DNA of 64,000 nt, taken from NCBI RefSeq assembly GCF_006345805.1, contig NC_042998.1:140554001-140618000 (forward strand). The letters run 5' to 3'. Positions 24,340 to 37,736 of this stretch are shown here, in pieces. The position numbers and the translations under genes were made by a program. Under the pieces are notes generated by a model. That model saw nothing but the letters and a program-made list of their open reading frames with translations, was not told the origin of the DNA and made no database searches. Positions within the stretch are counted from its first letter, which is position 1, and each line of letters starts with the position of its first letter. The DNA comes from Octopus sinensis. Lineage: Eukaryota.

Positions 24340-24702
24340 CGTGGCACTGCGTTGATTACAAACGACGAGGGTTCCAACTGATCCGATTAACGGAACAGCC
24401 TGCTCGTGAAATTAACGTGCGAGTGGCTGAGCACTTCACAGACATGCGTACCCATAACGTAGTTCTCGGGGAGATTCAGCGTGCCACAGAGTGTTACAAG
24501 GCTGGTCCTTTGAAATACAGGTACAACAGAAACAGGAAGAAAGAGTGAGAGAAAGTTGTGGTGATGGAGTACAGCAGGGTTCGCCACCACCCTCAGCCGG
24601 AGCCTCGTGGAACTTTAGATGTTTTCGCTCAACTCACAGTGCTCTGTCTGGGAATCGAAACCGCGAGTCTGCTGCCCTAACCACTGGGCCATGGCGCCTC
24701 CA
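24340..24702 (-). mobile_element. Composite SINE: family D head and body (24528-24702) fused to family E 3' body (24340-24527)
   Basis: 24528-24702 matches 36515-36703; 24340-24527 matches the reverse complement of 11180-11355. Confidence 0.7.
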
Positions 24703-24965
24703 ACACACACACACACACATGTGTGTGTGTATCTTATAAACATCGCCTTGAAAGCATGAAAAAGAATGTGACGTGTTTACCACAAAAAATAGAGACAAGA
24801 TGTTTTATGAATAAAGACAGAAAAGTCAGAACAGAAATGTTGTACAGTTTTGACAATATCAATCCAAGCTAAGCGATACAAAGAACTGAACAAAACAGTT
24901 AAAAGAGAACATGAACGGACAAAACAAAATGGAAAAGACAGAGACATTGATCTAAACGACAAAAA

Positions 24966-25168
24966 TAATCCTTTCTACAACAGGCACAATGCCTGAAATT
25001 TTGTGGGAGGCGGGTATAGACGATTACATCAACTCAAATGCTCAACGGGTACTTATTTTCATCGATCCCGAAAGGATGAAAGGCAAAGTCGACCTCGGCG
25101 GAATTTGAACCCACAATGTAAAGACAGACGAAATACCGGCATGCTAATGATTCTGCCAGCTGGCCGCC

Positions 25169-25172
<4 letters not shown>
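24966..25172 (-). mobile_element. SINE family B, tail type A
   Basis: taatcctttctacaacaggcacaatgcctgaaatt...gaaaggatgaaaggcaaagtcgacctcggcggaatttgaac...ccgccttaa, followed by (AAT)n. Confidence 0.9.
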
Positions 25173-25226
<54 letters not shown>

Positions 25227-25227
<1 letters not shown>

Positions 25228-25761
25228 TAGCAGTATCGCCCGGCGTTGCTCGGGTTTGTAAGGGAAATAACTATATAAGCATTTTTAGAGAGTTACTTCC
25301 TTATACTGAAGATGCCAATTCGGGCTTTTCTTAGCCATTTCTGTTTTGGTATCTTCAAGCCATGAAGTCGTTGTTCTAAAAGAACGCTGGTCTCCTTGAC
25401 AACGCTTTACGACGTTGATTTCCTTACACTACACTCCCTTCCCCACAGCTTCACGAGGGAGGGAAGAAGGGGAGAAGCAAACAGGTCCTGGTGTGACCAT
25501 GGACGCCAACTCCGCCGCCAACCATCGACAAACCAAAAATGAATAAAAATTATGCATTAAAATGGAATAAAAATTATGTTAAATTATTTTTAAAATCGTA
25601 GACTCATCGTAGACGCGCGCTAATACTCAGACGGGCTCGATATGAATCACGACTATAAGATACCCGAATTTGGTTAAACTGCACCGCAAAATGTGGGAGT
25701 AGTTAGGAATCTAAATCGAAGGGGACAGACACTCACACAACTACAGTTTTATATAGATAGA
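25227..25761 (-). mobile_element. Non-autonomous Helitron with intact termini
   Basis: Minus strand begins A|TCTATCTATATA and ends with GC hairpin CCCGAGCAACGCCGGG, an 8-nt spacer and CTAG|T; inserted at an A|T in an (AAT)n run with no TSD. Confidence 0.88.
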
Positions 25762-25985
25762 TAATCCTTTCTACTAAAGGCACCAAGCCTGAAATTTGGG
25801 TGAAGGGGACAAGTCGATTACATCGGCCCCAGTGTTTCACTGGTACTTAATTTATGCCCTCCCCCCCGAGAAGATGAAAGGCAAGTTCAACCTCAGCGGA
25901 ATTTAAACTCAGAACGTTAAAGCGGACATAATGCCGCTAAGCATTTTACCTGACCTGCTAACAAGTGTGCCAGCTCGCCGCCTTA
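25762..25985 (-). mobile_element. SINE family B, tail type A
   Basis: taatcctttctactaaaggcaccaagcctgaaatttggg ... gccagctcgccgcctta. Confidence 0.88.
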
Positions 25986-26308
25986 TAAATAACAATAATA
26001 ATCACAAGCTTCTCAAATTGTTGGTAGATTTAATCCGTCACTCGCTTTCATATCAGCGTCTTGGGTACCTTAGTAGGGTCCTCCTCTTTTGCGAGAATTC
26101 GGTCCACGACTCCGCTTCGAGGAAACCTTCATTTTTCTTTTCCTTCCTCATTTCCCTCCTTCTTTTCTTTTCTTCGTTCTTTCATTCTTTCCTTCTTTCA
26201 TTCCGTCCTTCCCTTCCTCTCTTCTTTACTTCCTTTCTGTAATCCTCCATCTTTTCCTTGACTAGGAGATAAAATAATACCTAAGAAATTGAAAGGAACA
26301 ATGTATAC

Positions 26309-26457
26309 GCCTAGTTCTTATTCTATCAGTCTCTTTTTTGCCGAACCGCTAAGTTATGGGGGGGGCGTAAACACACAAACACATCGGATGTCAAACGATG
26401 AGGGGGGAACTAACACAGACACAACGACACATACAAATACATACATACATACATACA

Positions 26458-26493
<36 letters not shown>

Positions 26494-26716
26494 TGTGTTT
26501 GTGTGTTTACGCCCCCACCCCCGTAACTTAGCGGTTATATATATATATATTATATATACGACGAGCTTCTTTCAGTTTCCATCAACCAAATCCACTCACA
26601 AGGCGTTGGTTGGGCCGAGGTTATAGCAGAAGATATTCACCCAATGTGTCACACTGTGGGACTGAGCTCAGAACCATGTGGTTGGGAAGCAAGGGTCTTA
26701 CCACACAGCCACGCCT
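26309..26716 (-). mobile_element. SINE family A
   Basis: gccgaaccgctaagtta ... caaatccactcacaaggc ... cttaccacacagccacgcctgc. Confidence 0.85.
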
Positions 26717-26884
26717 GCGGCTGTTTATTTTTAGAATGACATTGTAGCGTAGGTGTGAGGGACTGGGTCTTGTTGGTTGAGCATAAAATAGGTTGAATAT
26801 CTGATATGGACGGATTAAATGCTAAAGGGTTAAAACATGAACACATATCTCTTATCTTTTATGTGTGTATATACAAAATGTATG

Positions 26885-27405
<521 letters not shown>

Positions 27406-27419
27406 TGTGCATTGTATGT

Positions 27420-27459
<40 letters not shown>

Positions 27460-28389
27460 TGTGTCTATCTGTGTGCGTGTGTGTGTGCGTGCTCATGTGT
27501 GCGTGCTCATGTGTGTGAGTGTGTGCACGCGTGCGCGTGAATGTGTTTCACACCCCACTGATCGTCAGGCGACAATAAACACGCGCACTCGACACACGCA
27601 CACATACCCTACACACATATACACGCATGCACACACACACACGCACACACACACACATACACATATTCATGTACATATTCGTGCATCTGTGAATCTATAT
27701 CTATGTTTGTTTACACCGACGTGAATATCGGCGTTGCGTGTGTTACGTTCTTTTAAGTGAAGACTGCAGGATCCTTTGATTCGGAAAAAAACAAAGTCTT
27801 TTTTTAAAAAAATCATTGTTCGGAATGTGAAATCAAAGACCCAGTCTTTGGTATCATAACACTGGATAATTGCAGCAAGTCTCAGAACTAGACTAATTTA
27901 ACAAAAAAAAGCAAACTAGGTGTCAATAGAGGTGAGTGTTAGAATGACCATTGCCATTGTTTAATGTCACAGCCGAAGGATGGACCCTCCATTTGGTCAA
28001 TCGAACTACTAGAAATAACAGCTAAATCTCCTTCGAATTACATTTTACTGCATTAAGTAAGGAATGACGGACGCATTTGGCGGACGGTGTAGTGTTAATT
28101 TAAGGGCGGCGTGAAACATCTTTGAATATAGATCAGATTACTTTCTTAGGGATGACTTCAGAGGGGGTGAGATGGAGTAAGGGCTACACAACAACAATAA
28201 CAGCTATGGCGGTAGTAGCGACACTTAGTCACTATCTGAAAATGTGTGTGTGTGTGTGTGAAAGATGTATGTGTGTGTGTATGTGAAAGATGTGTGTGTG
28301 TGTCTATCCGTCTGTATCTGTATTGACGGTATTGATCCCTACTTATCAATCCATTCACTCGGGGCCTACTACTTTTCGATCTTGTCACT

Positions 28390-29610
28390 TTGGTGGTGGT
28401 CGTTGCCGTCTTCGTCGTGTTGACAATGGCGGCGGCGGCGGCGGTGGTGGTGGTGGGGTGGTGGTGGTGGTGGTAGTGGTGGTTGTGGTTTTTGACGACG
28501 ACGACGACGACTACGTCGGCGACAATGATGGAGATGATGATGAGGACGATGTTACGGGTGATGTTAACGACGACGACGTTAACAACAACAACAACAACAA
28601 CAAACTCAACAAACTCATAACAACTAACACCTAACAACAACAATAACAACCTCACCACCACCAACAACAACACAGTAAATGGAGATCGAAATGGTCGACA
28701 AACTAATATCTCACTAAATAGACAGAAAAATAAATAGAAAGCGGAATAAGCTCTTTGATGTGGGTCAGGTTATATGTGTTTGTGTGTGTGTGTGTATGTG
28801 TGTGGGTGCGAATGTGTATGTACGCGTGTGTATGTGTATGTGTGTTGTGGGGACGAGTGGTGGTAGTGGTTGTGGTGGTGGTGGTGGTGGTGGTGTTGGT
28901 GGAGTAAATATGGAGAGTTAAACGTAATGTTTGTATGAGAGATATGTGACAGTTAGGTAAAGTGGTTGAGGTATATACACGTACATGCGTGCATACATAC
29001 GTACGTACATGCATACGTACGTACATACACATACCTGCGCATATATTTATATACATACACATGCATACACATTCATACATATGCATATATATATATATAT
29101 ATATACAAACGCGCACGCGCTCACACGCACACCCACAGCACACTCGCACATATATCTGCATTCATACACACACACACACACATATGTTCCAACTGATGAT
29201 GATGATGATGATGATGACGACGACGATGACGATGACGGTGACGATGACGATGACGATGACGATGATGATCATGATGATGACGACGACGACGACGACGATG
29301 ATGTTGTGGATGATGTTGAAGGCGATGACGAAGATGATGACATCGTCAACGTTGACCTATGACAACGGCAGTAACAGCCATAACAACCGGGATGATGTAG
29401 ACGACGATGATGATTATGATGATGATGATGATCACGACGACGATGGCGACGGCGATGTTAATGGTGGTGATGATGATGTGACTGTTTATTAAATGTTGCT
29501 TGTGATGGTAGCCGTTCATAGTGCAAAACAGCAGCAGCAGCAGCAGCAGCAGCAGTAGCAGTAGTAGTAGTAGTAGTTGTAGTAGTAGTAGTAGTGTAGT
29601 AGTAGTAGAT
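28390..29610. repeat. Compound trinucleotide microsatellite field (GGC, GGT, GAC, GAT, CAA, CAG, TAG) with CA/TA inserts
   Basis: Direct reading; accounts for the poly-D/G/V/T/L ORFs in the track. Confidence 0.9.
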
Positions 29611-29865
29611 GAAAAAAAGCTTAGATCTACCGTTTTTGATGGTATGTTTTGCATAAAAGTGTAGTTTTTCCAAATTCAAATTTAATTTCAATCACTCAAA
29701 CCTCCCTTTCTGCTTCTGTCTCTATGTCTGCCTCTCATACACACACTTAGACACACAGACACACGCAGCATGTATGTAAAATATATATATATATACATAC
29801 ATACATATTTGTGTGTGCGTGCTTATATCTATACAGGCATGCACATGTGGTTGTATATCACACAC

Positions 29866-29900
<35 letters not shown>

Positions 29901-30569
29901 ATGAATGTATACATATCTATACTTATATATGTATGCATCTGTCAAGGGTCTGTGTATTTATGACCGCATCTGTGTTTGTGCATGTGGGCGTGTGTGTGTG
30001 TCTGAGTATGTATGTGTGCGTATGCGTGTGTGTACACGCGCGCATGTGGGTGTATATACACTAATTGTCTATTCATGTATCTATCTCTTACCTTCTCTAT
30101 CTCTCACCTTCTCTTTCTCCTTTTCACCCCACTCTCCCATCCTCACTTTCCCATTTCTATCTATTTATCTGTCTGTTTATCTTAGCTTTGTCTATATACT
30201 TATTTAATAAAACACATTCACACATATATATATATATATATAAACACACACACACACATGCACATACACATATATATATATACACATCCTCACACAAAAA
30301 CACTGCCATTCTAACAAAATAAATGATAAAGGAAAAAAAAAAATGGAGAGGAGTTGGAGATGGTGGTGGTGTCTATTGGAATAAAAAGCGGAAAAGAAAA
30401 GAAAATATTTCAAAACGTCAATTATAAATGTATTATTTTCAATTGTTATTCATGTTGAAAGCCTAAGTAATGTAGAGGAAAACACACTCTCCACGTTGTC
30501 GTCTGTCTTTAATATCTCGCTCCTCTGTAATCTGTAAAGCTTTGATGTTTAAAGCCGCCTGACAGCTTG

Positions 30570-31824
30570 ACTAAACATGGCCTCTCTCTCTTTTTTCTCT
30601 CTCTTCATTTTCTCCCTATAACACTCTCTCTCACTCACACTTCCTCATTCACTCTTTCTTACACTTTCTTTCTAATACGCTTTCTCACTCACTCTCTCTC
30701 TCTCTCTCTCTCTCTTTTCTCTCTTTCTCCCACTGCCTCACTCTGTTTCACTGTCTCCCACTTTATGTCTATGCCTCCTCCCACTGTAACTCCTACTCAC
30801 TGCTACTCACTCTTTCAATGTTTGCCGTTCTTTCACTACCTTTCTATCTGCTTCATTATATATCTCTCTCTCTCTGCCTTCCTATCTCTTTCTACCTCCC
30901 TACATCTCACTCTGTCTCTCCTCTCCAATTTCTCTCTCTCTCTCTCTCTCTCGCTGCTACCATCATTCACTGCTTTCTATTCATTCTCTACCTCACTCCC
31001 TTTCACTGTCCTTTTTATTACTCCCACTCTTTCATTACTTCTTACTCTCTCCCCATCTCTTACTCTTCCATATTTTTCGCTTTTTCCTCCCCGTTTCTTT
31101 CGTTTACTTTTGCTTTCTCTTTTACTTCCTCGCCTTCCTTTCTTTTTTCATAATTTCCCCCTCCATTTTTTCTCTTTCCGTTACTCACTCTTTCTTACTT
31201 GCTCTTTTTTCTTTTCTCTTTCACTATCTTTTCCTTCTCTTCGACTCTCTCTCTCCCTATTTCCTCCTCTCTCATATTTACATGCTCTTTTTCTCTCTCA
31301 CACTTTTTACTACTTTTCTTTTACCTTAATGTTTAACTCATTCCTATCCGTTTCTCCTTTTATCTCCCACTCTCTTCTCAATTATTTGCAATTTTCCTCT
31401 CTTTCGCTGTTTATCTATCGTTTCTTTCTTTATTATCTCCATCATTTCTCCTTCTCTCTCACACATATATTACTTTTCTCTCTCTTCATTTACTCTTTTT
31501 TCTTTCTTACTTTCTCTTTCTCTAATCTATATTTTTTTAATATTTCTATTCCAACCTTTTTTCCCTTTTCTTCGTTACATCTCTATTTTCTTTCACTTCT
31601 CTTTTTCTCTCTTTCTTTCTCCGTATGTGTGTGTGTGTGTGGGGGGGGTGAATGTGTGCTAGTTCCTTGTCTTTTATCTTCCTTTTCTTTTACCATTTTC
31701 CTCTATCGTTCTTATTTCAAAAGTTTTCCGTCTCACTTTTCATTTTCATTTTTTTTCTCCTTAGTCCCCACCCCACTCAGTCACATTCTCTTTCCCTCCC
31801 TCCTTACATCTATCTATCTATCTG

Positions 31825-31879
<55 letters not shown>

Positions 31880-31932
31880 GTCTATCTATCTGTCTATCTA
31901 TCTATCTATCTATCTATCTGTCTATCTATCTG

Positions 31933-31989
<57 letters not shown>

Positions 31990-31992
31990 ATG

Positions 31993-32041
<49 letters not shown>

Positions 32042-32441
32042 ATATCTATCTATCTATCTATCCATCACGTAAACATTCTACATTTTCTAGCTCCTCACAT
32101 TTTTTACTCTATCTTCTCTATGATTCCTCCACCCTTGATCTGTCTGTCTTTATCTCACCCTATCATCCTCTCTCTGTTTCCCCCTTATTCCGCCATCACT
32201 CCTCTGCCTCTCTCTCTTCTTTCTATCTCATATTTCTCTACGGCACTTTTCATTCTCTCCGTCTTTAGCTTTCCCCTTTTATCTATTCAAACATTTCAAC
32301 CTCCCCCATTCCCTCTTACTTTATCTATCCATCTCCTCATACTCTCCTCACACTCTCTTATTTCTTTCACCATTTCCCCGCTTCCCTCTTTCTATCTCTT
32401 CTCTAAAATGGTTTGCTTGTTCACTATGCTCTTCATTTCTC

Positions 32442-32472
<31 letters not shown>

Positions 32473-32640
32473 CTTTCTCTCTCTCCATTCTCTCTCCCTC
32501 TCTCCCTCTCTCTCTCTCTTTCTCTCTCTCCATTCTCTCTCCTTCTCTCCTCTCTCTTTCTCTCTCTCCATTCTCTCTCTCACTTTCTCTTGTTTTAAAC
32601 CTTCATTATTACTGTTGTCTCTCTTATAATACTGTTTATC
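30570..32640. repeat. ~2 kb pyrimidine-rich low-complexity tract with (CT)n and (CTAT)n
   Basis: Purine-poor composition; source of the spurious 501-aa and 325-aa ORFs. Confidence 0.92.
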
Positions 32641-32741
32641 ACGGCTTTTGCTGATTTTGTTTACGTTTGATATACACACACATATATATATATGAATGTG
32701 TGTGTCTGTGTGTGTGCGTGTTTACACACACACACACACAC

Positions 32742-32870
32742 GCAAGGGTGCGTGGTAAGAAGCTTGCTCCCCAACCATATGGTTTCGGTTTCAGTCCCAC
32801 TGTGTGAGACCTCAGCCGACAAAAGCCTTATGAGTGGATTTGGTTGAGGAAACCCTGCCTATGTGTGCGC
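32742..32870 (+). mobile_element. SINE family A, 5' part with deletion
   Basis: gcgtggtaagaagcttgctccccaaccatatggtttcggtttcagtcccactg...tgagtggatttgg. Confidence 0.75.
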
Positions 32871-32893
32871 GGACGTTAAGTATGTGTGTGTGG

Positions 32894-32930
<37 letters not shown>

Positions 32931-33062
32931 TGTGTTTGGTTTGTTTGTTTCCGTCCCCGTGAATCAATATCAGTTGGACTAAATCCTACATGGCTGTACC
33001 TCTGGCTGGATGTACGCCAACTACTGGAACAAGTAAAATATAAAATGTAGATAGATAGATAA

Positions 33063-33171
<109 letters not shown>

Positions 33172-33253
33172 CATATTCTTATACAAGCATGTTGACAGAT
33201 AGATATGATTCTTATATAAGAATAATAAATTTGTACACTACATAAGTATAGAG

Positions 33254-33596
33254 CAGTGTTTCCCAACCTATTTTTCCCGCAGTACCCACTATAACTTTCC
33301 AGGAAAATGTTTACCCCACCGGTGGTAGGCAAAAAATTACTTCATTTTTAATATTTTATCACAATTATTTAATACAGAAGAATCTATTGGTAACTCTTTT
33401 ATCAAGTACATTATCGACTATATTATTTAATACAGAAGAATCTATTGGTAACTCTTTTATCAAGTACATTATCGACTAAGAAAAAAGTCAATCATTTAAG
33501 TGAGAACCTTGTGCCTGGTAACTACAGCACCATGCCCCAGGACAATTTTCCCAGGACCCCACCAGTGGGACGTATGCCCCACGTTGGGAATCACTG
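33254..33596. mobile_element. hAT-type MITE with internal 58-bp tandem duplication
   Basis: CAGTGTTTCCCAACC ... CGTTGGGAATCACTG; 8-bp TSD gtatagag / gtataggg (7 of 8); 33364-33420 repeated exactly at 33422-33478. Confidence 0.88.
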
Positions 33597-33922
33597 GTAT
33601 AGGGTAACTCATCAGATTAATGTAAAATTGTTTTTATTATAGCTGAACATTAAAACAAACATTGATATAGATAGATACACGCACACACGTGTGTGCATGT
33701 TTTGCAGTGTTTCACAAAATAGTAAATAAGAGAACTTCAAATATTTGAGTTTATCCATGCAATTACTAAACAAATTCTCCCTATAGTATTGCTTAATATA
33801 TAAAACTTACAAATATCTATCTATTTATCCTCTTCTCTATATTTATCTATATTTGTTTGTTCATCTATCTATGCATGTATATAACTATCCTCCCATTTTA
33901 CTACACACATACACACACACAC

Positions 33923-34622
33923 ATACTGAGACATGATGTAGCTAAGACACTGTTTAATGAGATCCATTGGAAGGATAAACTCGAGGCCAAAGGAATAAGA
34001 ACCTACAGTATGGTAGAAGCAATAAGCGCTTATAAAAAGAAAGAGTACAGGTGGAAGGTCCTAGTGAAAATACCAGTAAAATGTAAACATTATAGACCCG
34101 ACATAGAGATTCAGGATTGAGAAGAGAAACTGCGCACAGTTGTGGAAATCAGCTGCCTAGAGGATGTTATCATAAAGCTAAAGATCAATGAAAAAGAAAA
34201 TACTTCCGCTAAACTATTAAAAAAATCTACAGTTACTCTATTTAGATTAAAAGTTCAGGTTTATACCTGTAACTATTCGGGCACTGAGATATGTAACACA
34301 CTGCCTTAATACAGATCTTGATAAGTTAGGCTTCTCAAAACCAGAGAGGAGAAAGCTGATTCAAAGACTACAGAACCAAGCCATCACTTGAACTGTAATT
34401 GTCTGTGAAACTTTCCAGAAGTTTATCATTTAAGTGAGCACGTCTAAACATGCAACTATATGCATGAGAATACTTACATAAAAAAAAACACTACAAATCT
34501 GCACATATATATGCATACCCTGTTGATGTTGTTAAAATTCCTATGAAGGAGCCTTGGATCTGGGTTAGAAACTGGCTCTTTCTCAATTGGCAAGAAATCT
34601 TGACATAAAACTGAATAATGAC
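33923..34622 (+). pseudogene. 3' end of a restriction-like-endonuclease (R4/NeSL-type) non-LTR retrotransposon with 3' UTR
   Basis: RHDVAKTLFNEI ... HYRPDIEIQD*EEKLRTVVEISC ... FIPVTIRAL ... LGFSKPERRKLIQRLQ ... TFQKFII*: RHD plus PD-(D/E)xK-type nuclease motif. Confidence 0.8.
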
Positions 34623-34649
34623 AAACATACACACATGCATACATACCTG

Positions 34650-34904
34650 TGTATCACACTGCCTAAATACTACTCTTGTGAAATTAGGCTTCTCAAAACC
34701 AGAAAGGAGAATACTGATTCGAAAACTACAGACCTAAACCATTACTGGAACTGTAAAAATCTGTAAAACTTTCCAGAGGTTTATCATTTCAGTATATGTG
34801 ATCATGTCTAGACATGGAAATACGCATGAGAATACATACATAGAACAAAACATATACATATACATACATACATACATACATACATACATACATACATACA
34901 TACA

Positions 34905-34936
<32 letters not shown>

Positions 34937-35047
34937 AAGATACGCTGTTGTTGATGTTGAAATTCCAATGAAGAAGCTTTGGCTTTTGGTAAGAAACCGG
35001 TTCTTTCTCAATTGGCAAGAAATCTTGAAGCAAAACTGAATCATGAC
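34650..35047 (+). mobile_element. Second, shorter 3' copy of the same RLE LINE
   Basis: ttaggcttctcaaaaccaga...actttccagaggtttatcattt and UTR aaattccaatgaag...ttggcaagaaatcttga...aactgaatcatgac align with 34290-34622. Confidence 0.85.
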
Positions 35048-35065
35048 ATGCATGCATGCATACAT

Positions 35066-35540
35066 CTTTTATCATTTATTTGTTTCAGTCTGCGTCCACG
35101 CTGGAGTACCTTCAAGAGTTTAGTCAAACAAATCAATGCCATTAGTGTTTCTTTTTTAAGTCCGGTACTTATTCTGTTGGGTTCTCTTTCAACGAACCGC
35201 CGTGTTACGTGAACGTCAACAAACCGACACCAGTTATCAAGTAGTGGGTTAGGGGATAGATACAAACGCGACGATGCACACACTCATACATGCTTGTATA
35301 TCTATACATGTGTGTAAGTGCATATATATATATGTGTGTGTGTCTGTGTGTATATCTTTTTACTTGCCCGTCATATATATATGACGGGCATCTTTCAGTT
35401 TCCATCTACCAAATCCACTCACAAGGCTCTGGTCGGCCCGAGGCTATAGTTGAAGACATCTGCCGAAGGTGTCACGCAGTGGGTCTGAACCTCAACTATG
35501 TGGTTGGGAAGTTAACTTCTTACCACACAGTCACGCTTGC
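35066..35540 (-). mobile_element. SINE family A
   Basis: Tail tttgtttcagtc, body catctaccaaatccactcacaaggc, head taccacacagtcacgcttgc. Confidence 0.85.
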
Positions 35541-35825
35541 GCTTACTAGATAAGAATATGGAACGCTTTGCGCAGGGACCACGCAAACTAATCTTCGCTG
35601 TATCGTTCAATATTTCTATTGTCTTGTGTCTTTATCAATCTTCTTTCATCTCTTACGAATTTATTTTTTGATTTCTTTCTGGTTTTTCGTTTTCCCTTAA
35701 CACTATTCTCTTCCATATTATGAAATGTTTACTATAGCCATCATCCCTATAAAGCTGTATGTATTTCAAATAAGTATGAATGACCATGGGATTGCACCTA
35801 GAAAGTTCCCCTCCAAAGTACAAAT

Positions 35826-36094
35826 CCAGGCAAGGTTGTTTATGGAAGACCAGAAGTCATTTATGCATACCAGCCTCCACTCTCCATGCCACCGATGTTG
35901 TCCAAAGGAAAGGCAAAGGCCGATCAGCTTGGCACCAGTGACATCGCTAGTTATTTCTACAGCTAAGTGAACTGGAGCAATGCGAAATAAAGTGCCTTGC
36001 ACAAGAACAGAACACAGAATCTGGTCCGAGATTCGAACTCACTACCTCATGATTGTGAGTCTGACGCTCTAACTACTGAGCCATCCGCATTCAC
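35826..36094 (-). mobile_element. tRNA-headed SINE family C
   Basis: tatggaagaccagaagtc...actggagcaatgcgaaataaagtgccttgc...gattcgaactcactacctcatgattgtgag...ctactgagccat; matches 49176-49438. Confidence 0.85.
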
Positions 36095-36514
36095 GTGTTT
36101 AATGTGGTGGCTGCTATGTCTAAATATCTTTTAATTATTCAGGATAAATGTTTGAGTATATGTATGCGTATGTTTATGTATATGATGATCTGTTTAGGCT
36201 AATATCACACATGTTTAGCTTGGTTCGCTGCTATGAATGAATGTGTTGAGGATTAACTTGGATATATTCGGATAAAGTCAGGTTTTGTTTTTCGCTTTGA
36301 ATCTACATGATGTTAAGTTTTAAGTATGATTCATTGCAAACTTTTGTGGCCCCAAGTCAGGTTTGATAGGCTGTTGTTGCCGTCTTCCTCTTCTTCCAAT
36401 CAGAGTCACGCCATTAGCCACAAAGAATAATCTCTAATTCGAGCCTAGTCTAGGGCCTGAAAGTTTACCTCACTATAGTGGGTTACATCATGGTTCCTCT
36501 GCTTTGTGGCAGAA

Positions 36515-36703
36515 GTAGGAAGAAAGAGTGAGAGAAAGTTGTGGTGAAAGAGTACAGCGGGGTCCAGCCCCCACCCCGCCGGAGACTCGTGGAGCTTAGG
36601 TGTTTTTGCTCAATAAACAATCACAATGCCCGGTCTAGGAATTGAAACCCCGTTCTTATGACCGCGAGTCCGCTGCCCTAACCACTGGGCCATTGCGCCT
36701 TCA
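36515..36703 (-). mobile_element. tRNA-headed SINE family D
   Basis: Minus-strand head gtgaaggcgcaatggcccagtggttagggcagcggactcgcggtc...gtttcaattcc with A- and B-box-like blocks. Confidence 0.85.
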
Positions 36704-36825
36704 CTGTTGTTGCCGTTGCTACAACTGTTGCAGTTGTTGTTGATGTTGTTGCTCTTGTTTTTGTTTCTGCCGCTTCTCTCGCTTTTTGTTGTTGATAATG
36801 TTTTTGCTGCTGTTTATGTGGTTAT

Positions 36826-37259
36826 TATTGGTTTCAAATTTTGACACAAGGCTACCAAGTTCGGAGGGAGGGGCTAAGTCGATTACATCGACCCCAGTAC
36901 TCCAATAGTACTTATTTTATCGACACCGAAATGGATGAAAGGCAAAGTAGACCTCGTCGGAATTTGAACTCGGAACATGAGGACAGTCGAAATGCAACTA
37001 AGCGTTTTTGCCTGGCGTGCTAACGATTCTTATTTCCTTATTGCCCACAAGGGGCTAAACATAAAGGAGACAAACAAGGACAGACAAACGGATTAAGTCG
37101 ATTATATCGACCCCAGTGCGTAACTGGTACTTAATTTATCGACCCCGAAAGGATGAAAGGCAAAGTCGACCTCGGCGGAATTTGAACCCAGGACGTAGCG
37201 GCAGACGAAATACCGCTAAGCTTTTTTGCCTGGCGTGCTAACGTTTCTGCCAGCTCTCC
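36826..37259 (-). mobile_element. Nested SINE family B pair: tail B copy (36826-37030) and tail C copy (37031-37259)
   Basis: Two bodies in tandem; on the minus strand the tail ggaaata joins agaatcgttagcacgcc within the head of the other copy. Confidence 0.85.
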
Positions 37260-37736
37260 GTTGTTACTGTTGTCAATGTTATTTCTTGTTACTGGTACTG
37301 TTGCTACTGTTGTTGTTGCTGCCTTTGTTATTGTTCTTGCTGCTGCTGCTACAGCTGCAGCTGCTACTGCTGCTGCTGCTATTGGTGTTGCTGCTGATGT
37401 TGCAGCTGATATTGGCGATGATGTTAACCCCCATATCAGTTCCGACATTGTTGTAATACTACGCAAATGAGGGTACTTCATTTTTGTTTATATATATATA
37501 TGTGTGAGTATGTATATGTAGGTGTATGTGTCTGTATATATGTATGTGTTTGTGTATGTGTGTCCCTTTAAATACACCATATTCACATGTAACTGCGCAA
37601 ATGAGGTCCAACCAACAAACTCAAATGGAGAATCCCAGTAATGTTTTACAAATTTTCCTTGTACCCCCAGTAGCATAGTCAGTGTATACCACTCGAGGTA
37701 GCCTTTTAGTTTGCCCTTCACCCCCCACCCCGGGCC

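Noticed and set aside
28158-29691. Poly-Asp/Gly/Met/Thr ORFs suggestive of acidic biomineralisation proteins
   Set aside because: All frames are homopolymer runs from adjacent trinucleotide microsatellites interleaved with CA/TA repeats; no signal peptide or splice structure.
30567-32629. Longest ORFs in the track (501 aa and 325 aa)
   Set aside because: They are read-throughs of a purine-poor tract where stop codons are rare; the F/L/S and SIYL repeats mirror (CT)n and (CTAT)n.
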